A stretch of DNA of 64,000 bases from Planctomycetota bacterium (GCA_022711755.1 JAKLEA010000002.1:325214-389213), one strand, 5' to 3'; numbered from the stretch's first letter, positions 40,202 through 50,740 are shown. Notes: generated from the letters alone by a model not told the origin. Program-made: numbers and translations.

Positions 40202-43186
40202 ATGAAAAACGCCATTGTGATACTTGACCGGAGCCTCACCTCCGCCCGCCTTGCTGCGGAATTGCTGAAGCCCGCGGCGGGGGAGATAGTCAGGACAAAG
40301 AACCTGAATGAGACGGTTGATGCGCTTGATCGTCTGGATCGCGAGGGATGCGAAAATCGCTTGGTATTGCTGAATCCGTCGGCGGTGGAAGGCGACCTTG
40401 TCGCCGCGATTGACGGTCTTCGCCATGGCCGCCCCAATCTGGCGGTCCTTGTGGCGATGGATGCCTTTGACGCCAGGCTTGCGGCTGAGTTGCTTGAGTC
40501 CTGCGGTCCCCTTGCGGACTGGATACTAAAAGATACGCGCTTCATCAACGCATTGCCGATCAGAGCAAGGCGACTGATGGACCGGACGCGGGCGATTTCG
40601 GAGCGGCTTGACGGGCTGGCCGGAATCCTGATGGTTTCCGAACGCCCAGAGAGCGCCCCCGGCCAGGCGGCGGCTGAAATCGCCGATCTTCGCCGGCGGC
40701 TTTCCGCGGCTGCGGAAGCGTTGAAAGACATCCGGTCGGGAAGGGCCGACCTTGACGCGGGATTGCCGTTCGGCTCGATCCTCCAATCGCAGGGCAATCC
40801 ATCAGACAGGCTCTACCGAAGACTGCTGGAAAGCCTGCCGGACGGAATTGTCATTTGCAGCAAGGACGGAGAGATAAGGTTCGGCAACAATCGCGCTGCC
40901 GAGTTGCTGGGGCTGGCGCGTCGCGCCCTTGAAGGCGCGCTGCTGCCGGATTGCGTCGGCCCCGCCGACCGCGACGCGGTCTCCGCCGCGCTGGAGGAAG
41001 CGCTTGCCGGGGATCCGTCGGAGGCGATGATAAATCTGCGCGACGATCTGGGGGAGCCTGTCAGCGTCGCAATGACGATGTCCGAACTGGTCTCCGGGCC
41101 TGATGACGATCCGGAGAACGTCTTGGCGCTGGTATGCCTTCACCACCGCCAGCCGACCGCCGACGCGGGAGACACGATAAGCAATCTTGACCGCGACGTC
41201 AGGCGGATGCACCTGCTGAACCGCGTCGTCAGGCGCGCGCAGAGGATCACGGACCTGGATGACATGTTGCAGCGCATCCTCTCGGCGATAATGAACGCGC
41301 TCTCCTGGGACGGGGGGGCCTTTTTTCTGGCGGAAGGCGGGATGGAGAACGGCGGCTTCCGCGCAACGCGCGGCCAGGTTCCGGCGATGGACGATCCGCA
41401 GGTCGTCGCCGCGTTTCGCTCTGCGGCGGCAAAGGTGCTGGAGGCCGCGCCTGCTTCGGCTCCTCAGCCGGTCGTTTCAAAGTACCACGACGAGCCAAGC
41501 TCGATTCTGACCGTTCTCATTGACTCGGCGATGGCGAAGTCGGGGCGCATTCCCGGCTTCAAAACGTGCGTGCTGATAGCCTTGTCTTCGCGGGATCAGG
41601 CGCAGGGCGCGTTGTGCCTGTTCAGCCGCAAGCCGCGGGAGCTTAGCGGGGAGGAAAACGACATCATTCACGCCGTATGCCCGCAGGTGGCCGTGGCGAT
41701 CGAGAACGCAAGGCTGCTCAAGACGGTTTCGCAGGCAAGGGCGGACTGGGAGAACACCTTCGACGCCATCCCGGACCCCGCTTTCATCATTGACGACCGG
41801 CACGTCATCCTGAACGCGAATATGGCGTTCTGCAAATCCGTGGGCATGACCAGGGATCAGGTCTCGAGGCGGAAGTGCCATGAGATAATACATGGTTCCA
41901 GCGCGCCGTACCTTGACTGCCCGGCGCTTGAGACCATGCGCACGGGCAAGACCGAGGCGCGGGAGATCGAGGACCGGGAGAAGGGCCGGACGTGGTGGGT
42001 CACGTGCTCTCCGCTGCCCCCGGACGCGTCGGGCATGCGCAGGTTCGTTCACGTTTCCCGCGATATATCAGACATCAAGCGCCTGCATCGCGAACTGGCG
42101 CACGCAGAGAGAATGTCATCCATCGGACGCCTCGTTTCAGGCATTGCGCACGAGCTTAATAATCCGCTGACCGGCATCCTGGGCTACAGCCAGATCCTTG
42201 CGGGCGACGATTCCGGCGGAGTTGTCCGGAAGGAGATGAAGCAGATCGCGTTCCTGGCCGAGCGCTGCCGGATGATAGTGCAGAATCTAATATCATTCGC
42301 GCGGGAGAAGCCGCCGTCTGTGGCCCCAGTGGACGTTGCCCGGGTTCTGAACGACGCGGTCAACGTGATAGAGCCGCAGATTCAGGCGGGGGGGATCGAA
42401 GTCAGGCGCGAGATCGAGCATGGCCTGCCCGTCGTCATGGCGGAGGAATACGCCCTGCGCCATGCCTTTCTGAACGTCATTGAGAATGCGCTGCAGGCGA
42501 TGGAAGGCATGAGGGGAACGCTCACGGTCAGGGCCTTTGCCAGGGACGAGAGTGTCATCCTGGAGTTTCAGGACACGGGAACAGGCATAGAAGAGAGCGA
42601 TATCAGCCGGGTCTTCGAGCCTTTCTTCACAACCAGGGAGGTCGGCAAGGGCACGGGACTGGGCCTTTCCGTTGTGTATGGGACCATTTCCGAGTTGGGC
42701 GGAACCGTGACTGCGGAGAACGCTTCCAGGGGCGGGGCGCTCATACGCGTCAGGCTTCCGGCGCAGCCCGGCGCGATATCCCCGGCGCCGTCCGCGCAAC
42801 CGCCGGCAAACCTGGACGGAAAGAAAATCCTGGTGATTGACGATGAGGAGCCGATACTCGAACTTGCGCGCTGCCTGCTGGAGGCGGAGGGCTGCGTTGT
42901 GACCTGCGTGAATGAAAGCGCGCGGGCGACGGACGTCATCGCCGGGACGGTCTTCGACGCCGTAATCTCAGACATTAAGATGCCGGGGGTCAGCGGGGCG
43001 AAGCTTTATGAAATGCTCCAGGAGAAACATCCGGAGGCGCTTTCACGCCTGATTTTCATGACGGGAGACACCGCCACCCCGGATGCGCGGCGCTTTGCCG
43101 GGGAGGCCGGCATACCGGTCATCGAAAAGCCGTTCGATATTGACGATTTTGTGGAGGTCGTACGCAAGCGCGCGACGGCAGGTTGA
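40202..43186 (+). CDS. Hybrid histidine kinase with N-terminal pseudo-receiver, PAS/GAF/PAS, HisKA, HATPase and C-terminal receiver
   Basis: N-terminal receiver-like fold with Asn at the phospho-Asp position (LVLLNPSAV). HisKA GIAHELNNPLTGILGY. HATPase GLGLSVVYGTISELGG. Receiver KILVIDDEE...DIKMPGVSG. Confidence 0.8.
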   Translation: MKNAIVILDRSLTSARLAAELLKPAAGEIVRTKNLNETVDALDRLDREGCENRLVLLNPSAVEGDLVAAIDGLRHGRPNLAVLVAMDAFDARLAAELLESCGPLADWILKDTRFINALPIRARRLMDRTRAISERLDGLAGILMVSERPESAPGQAAAEIADLRRRLSAAAEALKDIRSGRADLDAGLPFGSILQSQGNPSDRLYRRLLESLPDGIVICSKDGEIRFGNNRAAELLGLARRALEGALLPDCVGPADRDAVSAALEEALAGDPSEAMINLRDDLGEPVSVAMTMSELVSGPDDDPENVLALVCLHHRQPTADAGDTISNLDRDVRRMHLLNRVVRRAQRITDLDDMLQRILSAIMNALSWDGGAFFLAEGGMENGGFRATRGQVPAMDDPQVVAAFRSAAAKVLEAAPASAPQPVVSKYHDEPSSILTVLIDSAMAKSGRIPGFKTCVLIALSSRDQAQGALCLFSRKPRELSGEENDIIHAVCPQVAVAIENARLLKTVSQARADWENTFDAIPDPAFIIDDRHVILNANMAFCKSVGMTRDQVSRRKCHEIIHGSSAPYLDCPALETMRTGKTEAREIEDREKGRTWWVTCSPLPPDASGMRRFVHVSRDISDIKRLHRELAHAERMSSIGRLVSGIAHELNNPLTGILGYSQILAGDDSGGVVRKEMKQIAFLAERCRMIVQNLISFAREKPPSVAPVDVARVLNDAVNVIEPQIQAGGIEVRREIEHGLPVVMAEEYALRHAFLNVIENALQAMEGMRGTLTVRAFARDESVILEFQDTGTGIEESDISRVFEPFFTTREVGKGTGLGLSVVYGTISELGGTVTAENASRGGALIRVRLPAQPGAISPAPSAQPPANLDGKKILVIDDEEPILELARCLLEAEGCVVTCVNESARATDVIAGTVFDAVISDIKMPGVSGAKLYEMLQEKHPEALSRLIFMTGDTATPDARRFAGEAGIPVIEKPFDIDDFVEVVRKRATAG

Positions 43187-43240
43187 TATCGCTCGATGCC
43201 GCGGACTGAATGGAAGCGGCAGGTCTTTGCCGCAATCTGG

Positions 43241-44623
43241 TCAACCCTCGTCCGATTCGTCGTCTTCGTCCCTGGCAACCCCGTAGTCCCGCAGGCGGCG
43301 TCGCAGTGTGCGGATGGAAATGCCCAGCGCTTCCGCGGTCTTTTCTCGCCTGCCCCCGAATCCCTGAAGCGTTCGCAAAATGTAGGCTTTTTCCAGCTCA
43401 TCAAGCGTGGGCTTGGATTTCAGCATTTCCTCGACGCTGCTTTCGGAGGACTGTAGGCCTGAGAGGTCCCTGGGGGCTATCGCTTTTCCCTTGCAAAGGA
43501 GCGCGGCGCGGTCAATGACGTGCAGCAGTTCCCGGACGTTTCCGGGCCAGGGATGCTCCTCAAGCGCGCGCATCGCCTCCGGCTCAATGTCCGCGATTGA
43601 CTTGTTGTATCTTGCCGCCGATTCGCGCAGGAAATGAAGGGCCAGCAACCGCGTGTCGCCCTTTCTATCCCGGAGGGGGGGTATGGAGACAGTCAGCGTA
43701 TTGAGCCTGAAGTACAGGTCCCTGCGGAAACGGTCTTCGCGGATGGCCTGCATGAGGTCGCGGTTGGTCGCCGCAATGATCCTGGCTTCGGTATGTCTCA
43801 ATTGCGCGCTGCCGACCCTTCGGAAGTCGCCCGTTTCCAGAACGCGCAGGAGCTTGCCCTGGATGAGAGGGGACATGTCCCCGATCTCGTCAAGCATGAG
43901 GCTGCCGCCGCTTGCCGCTTCCAGCAGGCCGCCCCGGTCGTCCATGGCGCCGGTGAACGCGCCCTTTTCGTAGCCGAAGAGTTCGCTCTCGAAGAGGCTT
44001 TCCTGCATGGCCGTGCAGTTGATCGGCAGAAAGGGGCCGGCGGCGGCGCGGCTGCGCGCGTGGATGAGGCGGGCCAGCAGCTCCTTGCCCGTTCCCGTCT
44101 CCCCGAGAAGCAGGACGGGCGAGTCGGACGCCGCGACGCTCTCCGCCAGCTCAATTGTTTCACGCATCGCCGGGTCCTGCGTGACGATCTCCGGCGCGCC
44201 CAGACTGCCGGAGGACGCGGCGCGAAGGGCCGTGTTCTCATCGGCCAGGGAGGCCAGTTTCGCCGCCCTGAGCGCGAGCATGAGCAGCTTCTCGGTGTCG
44301 AAGGGCTTTTCCAGGAAATCGAAGGCCCCGTGCCGCATTGCGGCGACGGCGTTGGAGATCGTCGCGTGCGCCGTCAGGATGATGAATTCTGTATTCTTGT
44401 GCTTGTCGCGGGTGGTTCGCAGGAATTCCATGCCGTTCATGCCCGGCATGGACAGGTCAAGCACGACGACGTCGAACCGGCGCTTCTCCATCCGCTCCGC
44501 GGCATGGTCTGCGGACGACGCCTCTGCCACCCTTGCGCCGCCGTCCTCCAGCGTCCGCCGCACAATCTCGCGAATCGCCTCGTCATCATCAACCACCAGA
44601 ACGTTTGCCGTGGGTCGCCCCAT
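43241..44623 (-). CDS. Sigma54-dependent response regulator (NtrC family: receiver, AAA+ sigma54 activator, Fis-type HTH)
   Basis: Receiver ANVLVVDDDEAIREI. Walker A GETGTGKE. GAFTGA motif ESELFGYEKGAFTGA. C-terminal HTH. RBS GGGAGGA before ATG 44623. Confidence 0.85.
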   Translation of the reverse strand: MGRPTANVLVVDDDEAIREIVRRTLEDGGARVAEASSADHAAERMEKRRFDVVVLDLSMPGMNGMEFLRTTRDKHKNTEFIILTAHATISNAVAAMRHGAFDFLEKPFDTEKLLMLALRAAKLASLADENTALRAASSGSLGAPEIVTQDPAMRETIELAESVAASDSPVLLLGETGTGKELLARLIHARSRAAAGPFLPINCTAMQESLFESELFGYEKGAFTGAMDDRGGLLEAASGGSLMLDEIGDMSPLIQGKLLRVLETGDFRRVGSAQLRHTEARIIAATNRDLMQAIREDRFRRDLYFRLNTLTVSIPPLRDRKGDTRLLALHFLRESAARYNKSIADIEPEAMRALEEHPWPGNVRELLHVIDRAALLCKGKAIAPRDLSGLQSSESSVEEMLKSKPTLDELEKAYILRTLQGFGGRREKTAEALGISIRTLRRRLRDYGVARDEDDESDEG

Positions 44624-44678
44624 GATGCTGTCCTCCCGGCCATGCGTAACTGATGGGCGCAACCGCGCGCCCCCCTGT

Positions 44679-45770
44679 TTAGTCGCTTTCGCTCTTTGAT
44701 CCCGTTTCCGCTGCCGGCAGTTCGACTGAGAACTCCATCGTTTGCCCTGCGCAACGGAGCGCGACGCTTCCTCCGGATTCCGTCAGGATTAGTCGCAACG
44801 ACTCAAGGGATTCCGTGAATCCGGCCCCGGTATCGCAAGCTCGACCGTCTTTGACGCCGGCCTTGAAAACCGCGCATGCTCCTGACTCCGAGCGTCTGAG
44901 GGAAATCGTAATCTCGCCAACAACTTCCGGAGGAACGGTTTTCTCGCACGCATCCAGCGCGCGAAGAAAGGCGTGGAGAAGGAGATGTTCATGGCCATGA
45001 ACCGCCGCGGATTCTTCCCCGTTTTCCAGGCGAAGCTCGAATCGTTTTCTTCTCAGGATGTAGCTTCTGAGCCTTATCGCCTTTTCAATGATGACTCGAA
45101 GATCGAACGTTAACGCTTCGGGCGGATTTGCGGGAGCCAGGGACCGCATGGCGGAGCAAAGTTCAACGGCCTTGTCGGTCTGCTCCTCAACGCGCGCCAG
45201 ATCGCGCCGGGCGTTGTCATCCGTAATGCGGCGACGCAGCAGGCCGGCGAAACCTTTCACACCCGTCAGGTGATTGCGCATTTCGTGCGCCACGCCGGGG
45301 AGAACCTCGGCTGCCATCATCCCGCATGACGCGGCGGCATCCTCCTGCGCGGGCGCGTCCGCAAGAATCAGAATATGATCTCCGACCGGAAGGAGTAGGA
45401 GAGCGTCCATGCCGGATGAGCGATGCGTGTTACAAAGATTTATATCGGGGGCGGGTGCGTCATCGCGGCGGAAGATTACGGGGTCGTTCGCAGTGATCGC
45501 TGTAATGGCTTTTTCGATCCCTGGGATTATTTCCCCGATTGCCGCCGTCTCATCCCCCGGCTTTATTGCGAAGGCGCTCAACGCGGAGCGGCTGGCCGCC
45601 AGAATGCCCCCGGAGCGATCCACAAGCAACGCGGGGCGTCGCATGGCTTGGACTGCCCGCTTCGCGTCATCTTCGCCTTCACGCAGGAAATGGATCATGG
45701 TTCTGTATGCCGCCCCAGGAATCGAGAAACGATGAAACTCAGGCGAGGGCGTCTTTAAAAAAAGCTTCAT
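44679..45770 (-). CDS. Sensor histidine kinase (NtrB-like partner of the sigma54 activator)
   Basis: H-box GVAHEMRNHLTGVKGFAGLL. C-terminal ATPase domain. Immediately upstream of the NtrC-like gene. Start MKLFLK assumed. Confidence 0.7.
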   Translation of the reverse strand: MKLFLKTPSPEFHRFSIPGAAYRTMIHFLREGEDDAKRAVQAMRRPALLVDRSGGILAASRSALSAFAIKPGDETAAIGEIIPGIEKAITAITANDPVIFRRDDAPAPDINLCNTHRSSGMDALLLLPVGDHILILADAPAQEDAAASCGMMAAEVLPGVAHEMRNHLTGVKGFAGLLRRRITDDNARRDLARVEEQTDKAVELCSAMRSLAPANPPEALTFDLRVIIEKAIRLRSYILRRKRFELRLENGEESAAVHGHEHLLLHAFLRALDACEKTVPPEVVGEITISLRRSESGACAVFKAGVKDGRACDTGAGFTESLESLRLILTESGGSVALRCAGQTMEFSVELPAAETGSKSESD

Positions 45771-45851
45771 AAGAATAGCACGCGCATGAAGCGCTGCGCA
45801 AGCTCGGCTCTCCATTGGCAATATGCGAGTTTTGGCAGTGAGGAATTTGGT

Positions 45852-48836
45852 TTATCCGGACGACTTTGAGGCGACCGGCTCATCGGCCTCCTCATGCGCC
45901 ACGCGCAGCCTGGTATCGCTTGCCCCGGCCTCGCAACCGCGCCCGACGTTGTCCTCTCTTATCTGCGCGCGGGTTTCGCATACGCTGCAGCTTATCCAGT
46001 CGTAGCCTCGTTCGATCCTGTATTCCAACTGCTGGGCGCTGAAAGTCGCGCCGCATTCAGCGCAGTTGAGCGGGCGATAGAACTCCAGCTTGTCAACGCA
46101 GGAGCGATGCTTCAGGTGTCTGTAGATGAAGCGTTCAAGCTCCAGGCGCGCCGCGCGGTCAATCTTGAGGTCGAAGTTAAGCTTCAGTTCCGCCGAGTCC
46201 TCTTCAAGGCGGGTCAGGTGAATCCTGAAAGGCGCCTCCTTTTCGTCGTGAAAGCACGCCTCGTTGCTCCAGACCTCGCCCAGGGAAAGACCTTTCTGCC
46301 GGCTGAGTCGCGCAATCAGACGGGCGTAGACGCTTGTCACTGCTCCTCCGAACCTGATAACCAGGGACGATTTCGGTTCCTGCGGCTTGTCGGGAAGCTC
46401 CGCGCCGAACCTTGAAGGGACTATCAGCAGCGGCCCCATATCCGAAGGCTCGCGGATCGCAATTCCGTGCAGGAGAAGTTCTTCCACCGTGCCGACAAGC
46501 ATCAGGCGCTCCTGATCAAGGTTGGCTATGCGTTTGTTTTCAGGAATGCCGAATTCTCCCGTCCGGGCGGTCTTTTCTTCGATTAAGGCAAGTCCGTCAG
46601 GCTCTCCAGACGCCGCTTCAACGATCATGCCGGCATAGTCATAGAACATTGCCGGGCGGGTCAGGAGCAGATCGCCGTAAGCGAATCTGCGGATGATGCC
46701 GCGTGTTTCCGCCAGTTCGATGCAGAACTCAAAGAGGGTCTTCAGGCTTTCAGGCCGCTCCCGCCAGAGACTCCGCGCCTTCTCGACGGCAAGCTCCGTG
46801 TCCGAGGGCTTGTCCTCGACGCGCCTGGCGCCGCCGCGAAGCATTGTCGCGCCGAGGAGGGAGGAGCCTGCGGCCTGTTCCTTCGCCCGGCATACCCAGA
46901 TCGGCGGCAGGGCCGCATCCAGCGGCGTCAGGTGGTAAGCCTCGGTTTTCTGGCGCTCAGTCGGTTCCTCACGCTGAGTCATTTCGCCCTTCAACCGGTC
47001 AGTGAAGGCGATCAATTTCCCGCGCAAACGCTCTCCGAACACGCCCGCCGATGAAGGTTCGGCTGTTCCCTGCTTATCCTCGGCGGCGAGACGGTCCATG
47101 AAGTTTGTGATGAACTTCTTCCGGGTATTGATCACGCGCCCGTCGTCGCGCCATTCGCGGACGTAGTCTGCGATCATCTGAACAAGGTGGGGGCTGCTTA
47201 CCGAGGGGATTTCGTCCCAGTCAATAGCCGTGCGAACGGCGTCAGCAAGGTCGCTGATCTTGTCGCCGGTTCTGGCGCTGCATTCGATGACCGGTCCGAT
47301 GCCGAGTTCCCTGCGCAGCTTGTCCGTGATCCTGCTGCTCACTTTTGAAGGGCCGAGGTCGGATTTGTTCGCGGCGAGGATTATCTTCAAGGAGGAAATG
47401 TCGCGCCCGCAGGCCTTGCATGCAGACTCCAGCATGCGATACCAGCGGCGTACGCCGGCCATCCGGTTGGTTTCCCGGCGCCCGTCGTAGACAATGATCG
47501 CCGCTGACGCTCCGGTCATCTGAAGGCTTCCGGCTGCGCGATTCACCGGGTTGTCATGAATGTCCCAGAGCAGTGTTTCGCGCCAGGCCTGCTGTCCGGC
47601 CTGGGTTTCGAGATTCACCCTCTCCATGAGCCTGATGTCGGCGAGGCCATCGCCGCGGGGCGGCTGTGCCTGACTGCCGCAAAGCGCATTGACCAGGGCG
47701 GTCTTGCCGCTTCCTGAATCGCCTAGGACCAACGCCTTGGCGTTGGCGTAATGGATGTCGCTCAGATGCGGAGGGATAAGCCATTCATCATCCAGTTTCC
47801 ATATTCTGACGCATAGGTTCTGCTCGCCAAGCGTGGCAAGGGCGGGCAGCCTCGGGTGAAACTCCAGTCCGGGGGGACAGAAACGCCCGACGCTCTCCTC
47901 CAGGGCTGCGACCGCCTCCCACGTGTCCGCGCGCCAGATGCGTATCGAACCGTCATTGGACTTTGACGCCATCATTCGCCCGTCGGATGAGAAGCTCAGG
48001 CTTGTGACAGCGCCGGAATGGGCCTTGAAAATCATTTTACGAACAATGCAGGGATTGGAGTGTTCGGCATGCGCGCCTGCAGTGGATGGTTGGATTTGAC
48101 CTGTCGTGGTGTCATTGCCGGATTCGGATGACGCCGAACGGGTGGAATCGGTAATCAGAACGTCCCATCCACCGAGGGTCCATATCTCAATCGCGCCTTC
48201 CTCGGTTCCGACTGCAAAGAAACTCTCATCTGGAGCGATACGCAGGCTCTTAACCTCGCGCTTTTCCTCCTGGAACGTCCAGAGCAGCCTGCTGTTCTCC
48301 GCGTCCCAGAGGCTTATCCTGCTGTCCTCAGAGATTGACGCCAGGCCGCGCCCGGAAGACGTCCAGGAGACAAAAAAGACGCCAGCCTTGCCGCTGGGCA
48401 GCTTGCAGAGACAATCCTCAGATTCCGCGTCCCAGAGCCTGATCGTTCCATCTCCCGACGCTGTTGCAATGACGGAGCCGTCCGGCGACCAACTGACGCA
48501 GTTGACGGGGCCGATGTGTCCCTTCAGGACGCGAACCTCCCGCCCGGTCACGGCATCCCACACGCGGGCCGTTCCATCCCATGAAGCCGACACAATCCTG
48601 CGCGAGTCCGGGGACCAGGCAAGTCCGAACACCACGTCCGTGTGGCCGCTGAGCGTCCTGAGCGCCTGCCCGGCTTTCACGTCCCAGACTCGCAGTGTCC
48701 TGTCGTATGAGGAACTGGCCAGGCAGCATCCGTCCGGGGACCAAGCCACGCGCGCTATATCCGACCTGTGCCCGGTGAACGAATGAAGCAGTTTCAGGCC
48801 TCTTGGCGTTTCCTTGCGGGCCTTCTTTGCGTCCAT
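45852..48836 (-). CDS. WD40-repeat / Ras-like (Roc) GTPase / COR-like / C-terminal zinc-ribbon multidomain protein
   Basis: About 300 aa of WD40 repeats (GHxxxV...WSPDG...WD). G-domain with GDSGSGKT (G1), NKSD (G4), CSAR (G5). About 400-aa COR-like region. C-terminal CAECG...CSVC. Confidence 0.65.
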   Translation of the reverse strand: MDAKKARKETPRGLKLLHSFTGHRSDIARVAWSPDGCCLASSSYDRTLRVWDVKAGQALRTLSGHTDVVFGLAWSPDSRRIVSASWDGTARVWDAVTGREVRVLKGHIGPVNCVSWSPDGSVIATASGDGTIRLWDAESEDCLCKLPSGKAGVFFVSWTSSGRGLASISEDSRISLWDAENSRLLWTFQEEKREVKSLRIAPDESFFAVGTEEGAIEIWTLGGWDVLITDSTRSASSESGNDTTTGQIQPSTAGAHAEHSNPCIVRKMIFKAHSGAVTSLSFSSDGRMMASKSNDGSIRIWRADTWEAVAALEESVGRFCPPGLEFHPRLPALATLGEQNLCVRIWKLDDEWLIPPHLSDIHYANAKALVLGDSGSGKTALVNALCGSQAQPPRGDGLADIRLMERVNLETQAGQQAWRETLLWDIHDNPVNRAAGSLQMTGASAAIIVYDGRRETNRMAGVRRWYRMLESACKACGRDISSLKIILAANKSDLGPSKVSSRITDKLRRELGIGPVIECSARTGDKISDLADAVRTAIDWDEIPSVSSPHLVQMIADYVREWRDDGRVINTRKKFITNFMDRLAAEDKQGTAEPSSAGVFGERLRGKLIAFTDRLKGEMTQREEPTERQKTEAYHLTPLDAALPPIWVCRAKEQAAGSSLLGATMLRGGARRVEDKPSDTELAVEKARSLWRERPESLKTLFEFCIELAETRGIIRRFAYGDLLLTRPAMFYDYAGMIVEAASGEPDGLALIEEKTARTGEFGIPENKRIANLDQERLMLVGTVEELLLHGIAIREPSDMGPLLIVPSRFGAELPDKPQEPKSSLVIRFGGAVTSVYARLIARLSRQKGLSLGEVWSNEACFHDEKEAPFRIHLTRLEEDSAELKLNFDLKIDRAARLELERFIYRHLKHRSCVDKLEFYRPLNCAECGATFSAQQLEYRIERGYDWISCSVCETRAQIREDNVGRGCEAGASDTRLRVAHEEADEPVASKSSG

Positions 48837-48873
48837 CTTTTCTTCCCCCTTTCGGGCGGCTTAGTCATCATGG

Positions 48874-49044
48874 TTATCTGAGAATCATCACCGCCCATTG
48901 AATTGTTGCTGCAAAGGCAAGGTGGCAGATCAGAAGCACAATCGTCAGGAAGACTGCAAATTCAAGCTCAAGCGTCTCCCGGAAGAATGTATTCTTCACC
49001 ATGCCTGCAATTCCCTTTTTCATTGTCCGGATTTTTGTCTTCAT
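48874..49044 (-). CDS. Candidate 56-aa single-TM small protein (not in the ORF track, below 60 aa)
   Basis: MKTKIRTMKKGIAGMVKNTFFRETLELEFAVFLTIVLLICHLAFAATIQWAVMILR. Sits between the pseudokinase-FHA and WD40-Roc genes. Low GC. Weak AAGG RBS. Confidence 0.25.
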   Translation of the reverse strand: MKTKIRTMKKGIAGMVKNTFFRETLELEFAVFLTIVLLICHLAFAATIQWAVMILR

Positions 49045-49056
49045 GATTCTTGCCTT

Positions 49057-50679
49057 TCACTTGACGGCGATGTGTCTTTGCTGATTTCCATGCGCTGCCG
49101 AGGCCGCGCCGGGGTTGTGCGAAATCTCGAATCCAATCTTGCCGACGCCTATTCGCCTGACCGCCTCGACCATCGTCCAGGGGGCCAGGCGCTGTCCGTC
49201 AACCGTAGTGCCGTTCAGGCTTCCGCAGTCCTGCACGAAGATCGTGTCCCCGGCGCGGCGCACCGTGCAATGGCAGGAGCTGGTGCCGGCGTCCTCGATG
49301 ACGATCTGGCACGATCCCCTGTCCCGCCCGATGGTGAATTCCTCGCCGTCTCTTATCGGGGCGGAGAACTTCCCGGAGTCGTTGCGGCGGGCGATCAGCG
49401 TGATCGGGTTGGAGAACGCGGCCCCCTCCTCCCCGCGCGCCGCGGGGGGGATGACGGCGTTCCGGTTGAACCAGACGCGGAACGCGCCGCGCTCCCTGGC
49501 CGGGACCGGCGATATCTCGGCGTCCTCGTAGAGGCAGGCCTGTGTCTCAGGTTCGGTCCTGCTGCAACGCCGGGCCTCCTGCCGCTTCCCGTCCGCCCGT
49601 TTATCCGGAATCTGGTGTTTCGCGGACGACCGCTCCTGCTGCTCCTGTGACTCGCGGCGTTCCTTGTTTGGATCGGCGCGAAGGCCGGCGTAAGCCTTCC
49701 TGAGATCATCCAGAAGCTCGTTATATGTCTGATATCGCGATTCCGGCTCGCGGGCTGTCATGCGGCGGATGATTACGTTGGTCAGCGGCGAAACGTCCGG
49801 CGTGAGCATCCTCACGAGGGGAACCGGCTTGCACAGCCGAGCGGCCAGCACCTCCGCGACGCTGCCGGTGAATGGCGGCGCCCCCGTCAGCATGTGAAAG
49901 GCGGTCATGCCCAGGGAGCAGATGTCGGAGCGCGCGTCAAGCTCCCGGTCTCCGCGCACGCGCTCCGGAGAAAGATAGGCCGGAGTTCCGATCATCGTCA
50001 GGCCTTCGTTGAGGGTCGTCGTGTCCTCTGCCGGATCAGGCTCGGCCTGCAACAGTCCGGTCCTGTGAGCCAGAGCGAAGTCGGTCAATTTAACCGCGTG
50101 CTGCCTTGTGAAAAGTATGTTTGATGGTTTAATGTTGCCGTGGGTGATTCCAGAGATGTCTGCGTCGCCCAGCGCGTCAACTGCCGCTATCAGCACGCTT
50201 AATGCGAGCCTTTCACCCAGACGTCCGCGTTTTGCAATGATTTTCTCCATTGAGATGCCGTCCACCAGCTCCATCGCAACGTAATGACACTTCCCTGCGC
50301 GACCGGCGGAGTGGCAGCGGACGATGCCGCAGTGCTTAAGACTTATCGCTTTTTGAGCGCTGAGCGTGAACCGGCGGGAAAAGGCAGTATCGGCAATCGG
50401 GCATAGGTCTATTGTCTTGACCGCCACGGTCTTTCCATCGTCAATCTGCATCGCCTTGTAGATTTTCGTTCCGGGACCGCTGCCGATTTCAGAAATCAAC
50501 TGGTAACCCGGGATTGCAGGGAGCAGTTTGCGTTCAAGGATGGCTTCAATGTCCGGAGTCATGCGGGCGGCGGCGGCCCGGCTCAGGTCAATCCCCACAT
50601 CAAGGGGGAATTCGTTGAAATGCCCAGTCGAAAACGCCGGCGCGCTTCTTTTTCCAGTCTGAGTCAGTTCGCTCTTCAT
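49057..50679 (-). CDS. eSTK-like pseudokinase with C-terminal FHA domain
   Basis: G-loop GSGPGTKIY, VAVK, catalytic loop THGNIKPSNIL (HRD Asp replaced by Gly-Asn), DFA, SPE. FHA at the C-terminus (TIGRD...SSCHC...NGT). RBS GGGGAGAGA before ATG 50679. Confidence 0.7.
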   Translation of the reverse strand: MKSELTQTGKRSAPAFSTGHFNEFPLDVGIDLSRAAAARMTPDIEAILERKLLPAIPGYQLISEIGSGPGTKIYKAMQIDDGKTVAVKTIDLCPIADTAFSRRFTLSAQKAISLKHCGIVRCHSAGRAGKCHYVAMELVDGISMEKIIAKRGRLGERLALSVLIAAVDALGDADISGITHGNIKPSNILFTRQHAVKLTDFALAHRTGLLQAEPDPAEDTTTLNEGLTMIGTPAYLSPERVRGDRELDARSDICSLGMTAFHMLTGAPPFTGSVAEVLAARLCKPVPLVRMLTPDVSPLTNVIIRRMTAREPESRYQTYNELLDDLRKAYAGLRADPNKERRESQEQQERSSAKHQIPDKRADGKRQEARRCSRTEPETQACLYEDAEISPVPARERGAFRVWFNRNAVIPPAARGEEGAAFSNPITLIARRNDSGKFSAPIRDGEEFTIGRDRGSCQIVIEDAGTSSCHCTVRRAGDTIFVQDCGSLNGTTVDGQRLAPWTMVEAVRRIGVGKIGFEISHNPGAASAAHGNQQRHIAVK

Positions 50680-50740
50680 CACGTTCTCTCCCCAAATTTC
50701 GGCCTGGCTTGCCGCACAAGGCACTCGGTATCATCAGCAA

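Noticed and set aside
48836-49057. Search for an additional sigma54 promoter directly upstream of the WD40-Roc gene
   Set aside because: No GG-N10-GC element with the correct spacing was found (TGCCAC...TTGCA is off by one and lacks GG). The gene is more likely co-transcribed from the 50741-50756 element.
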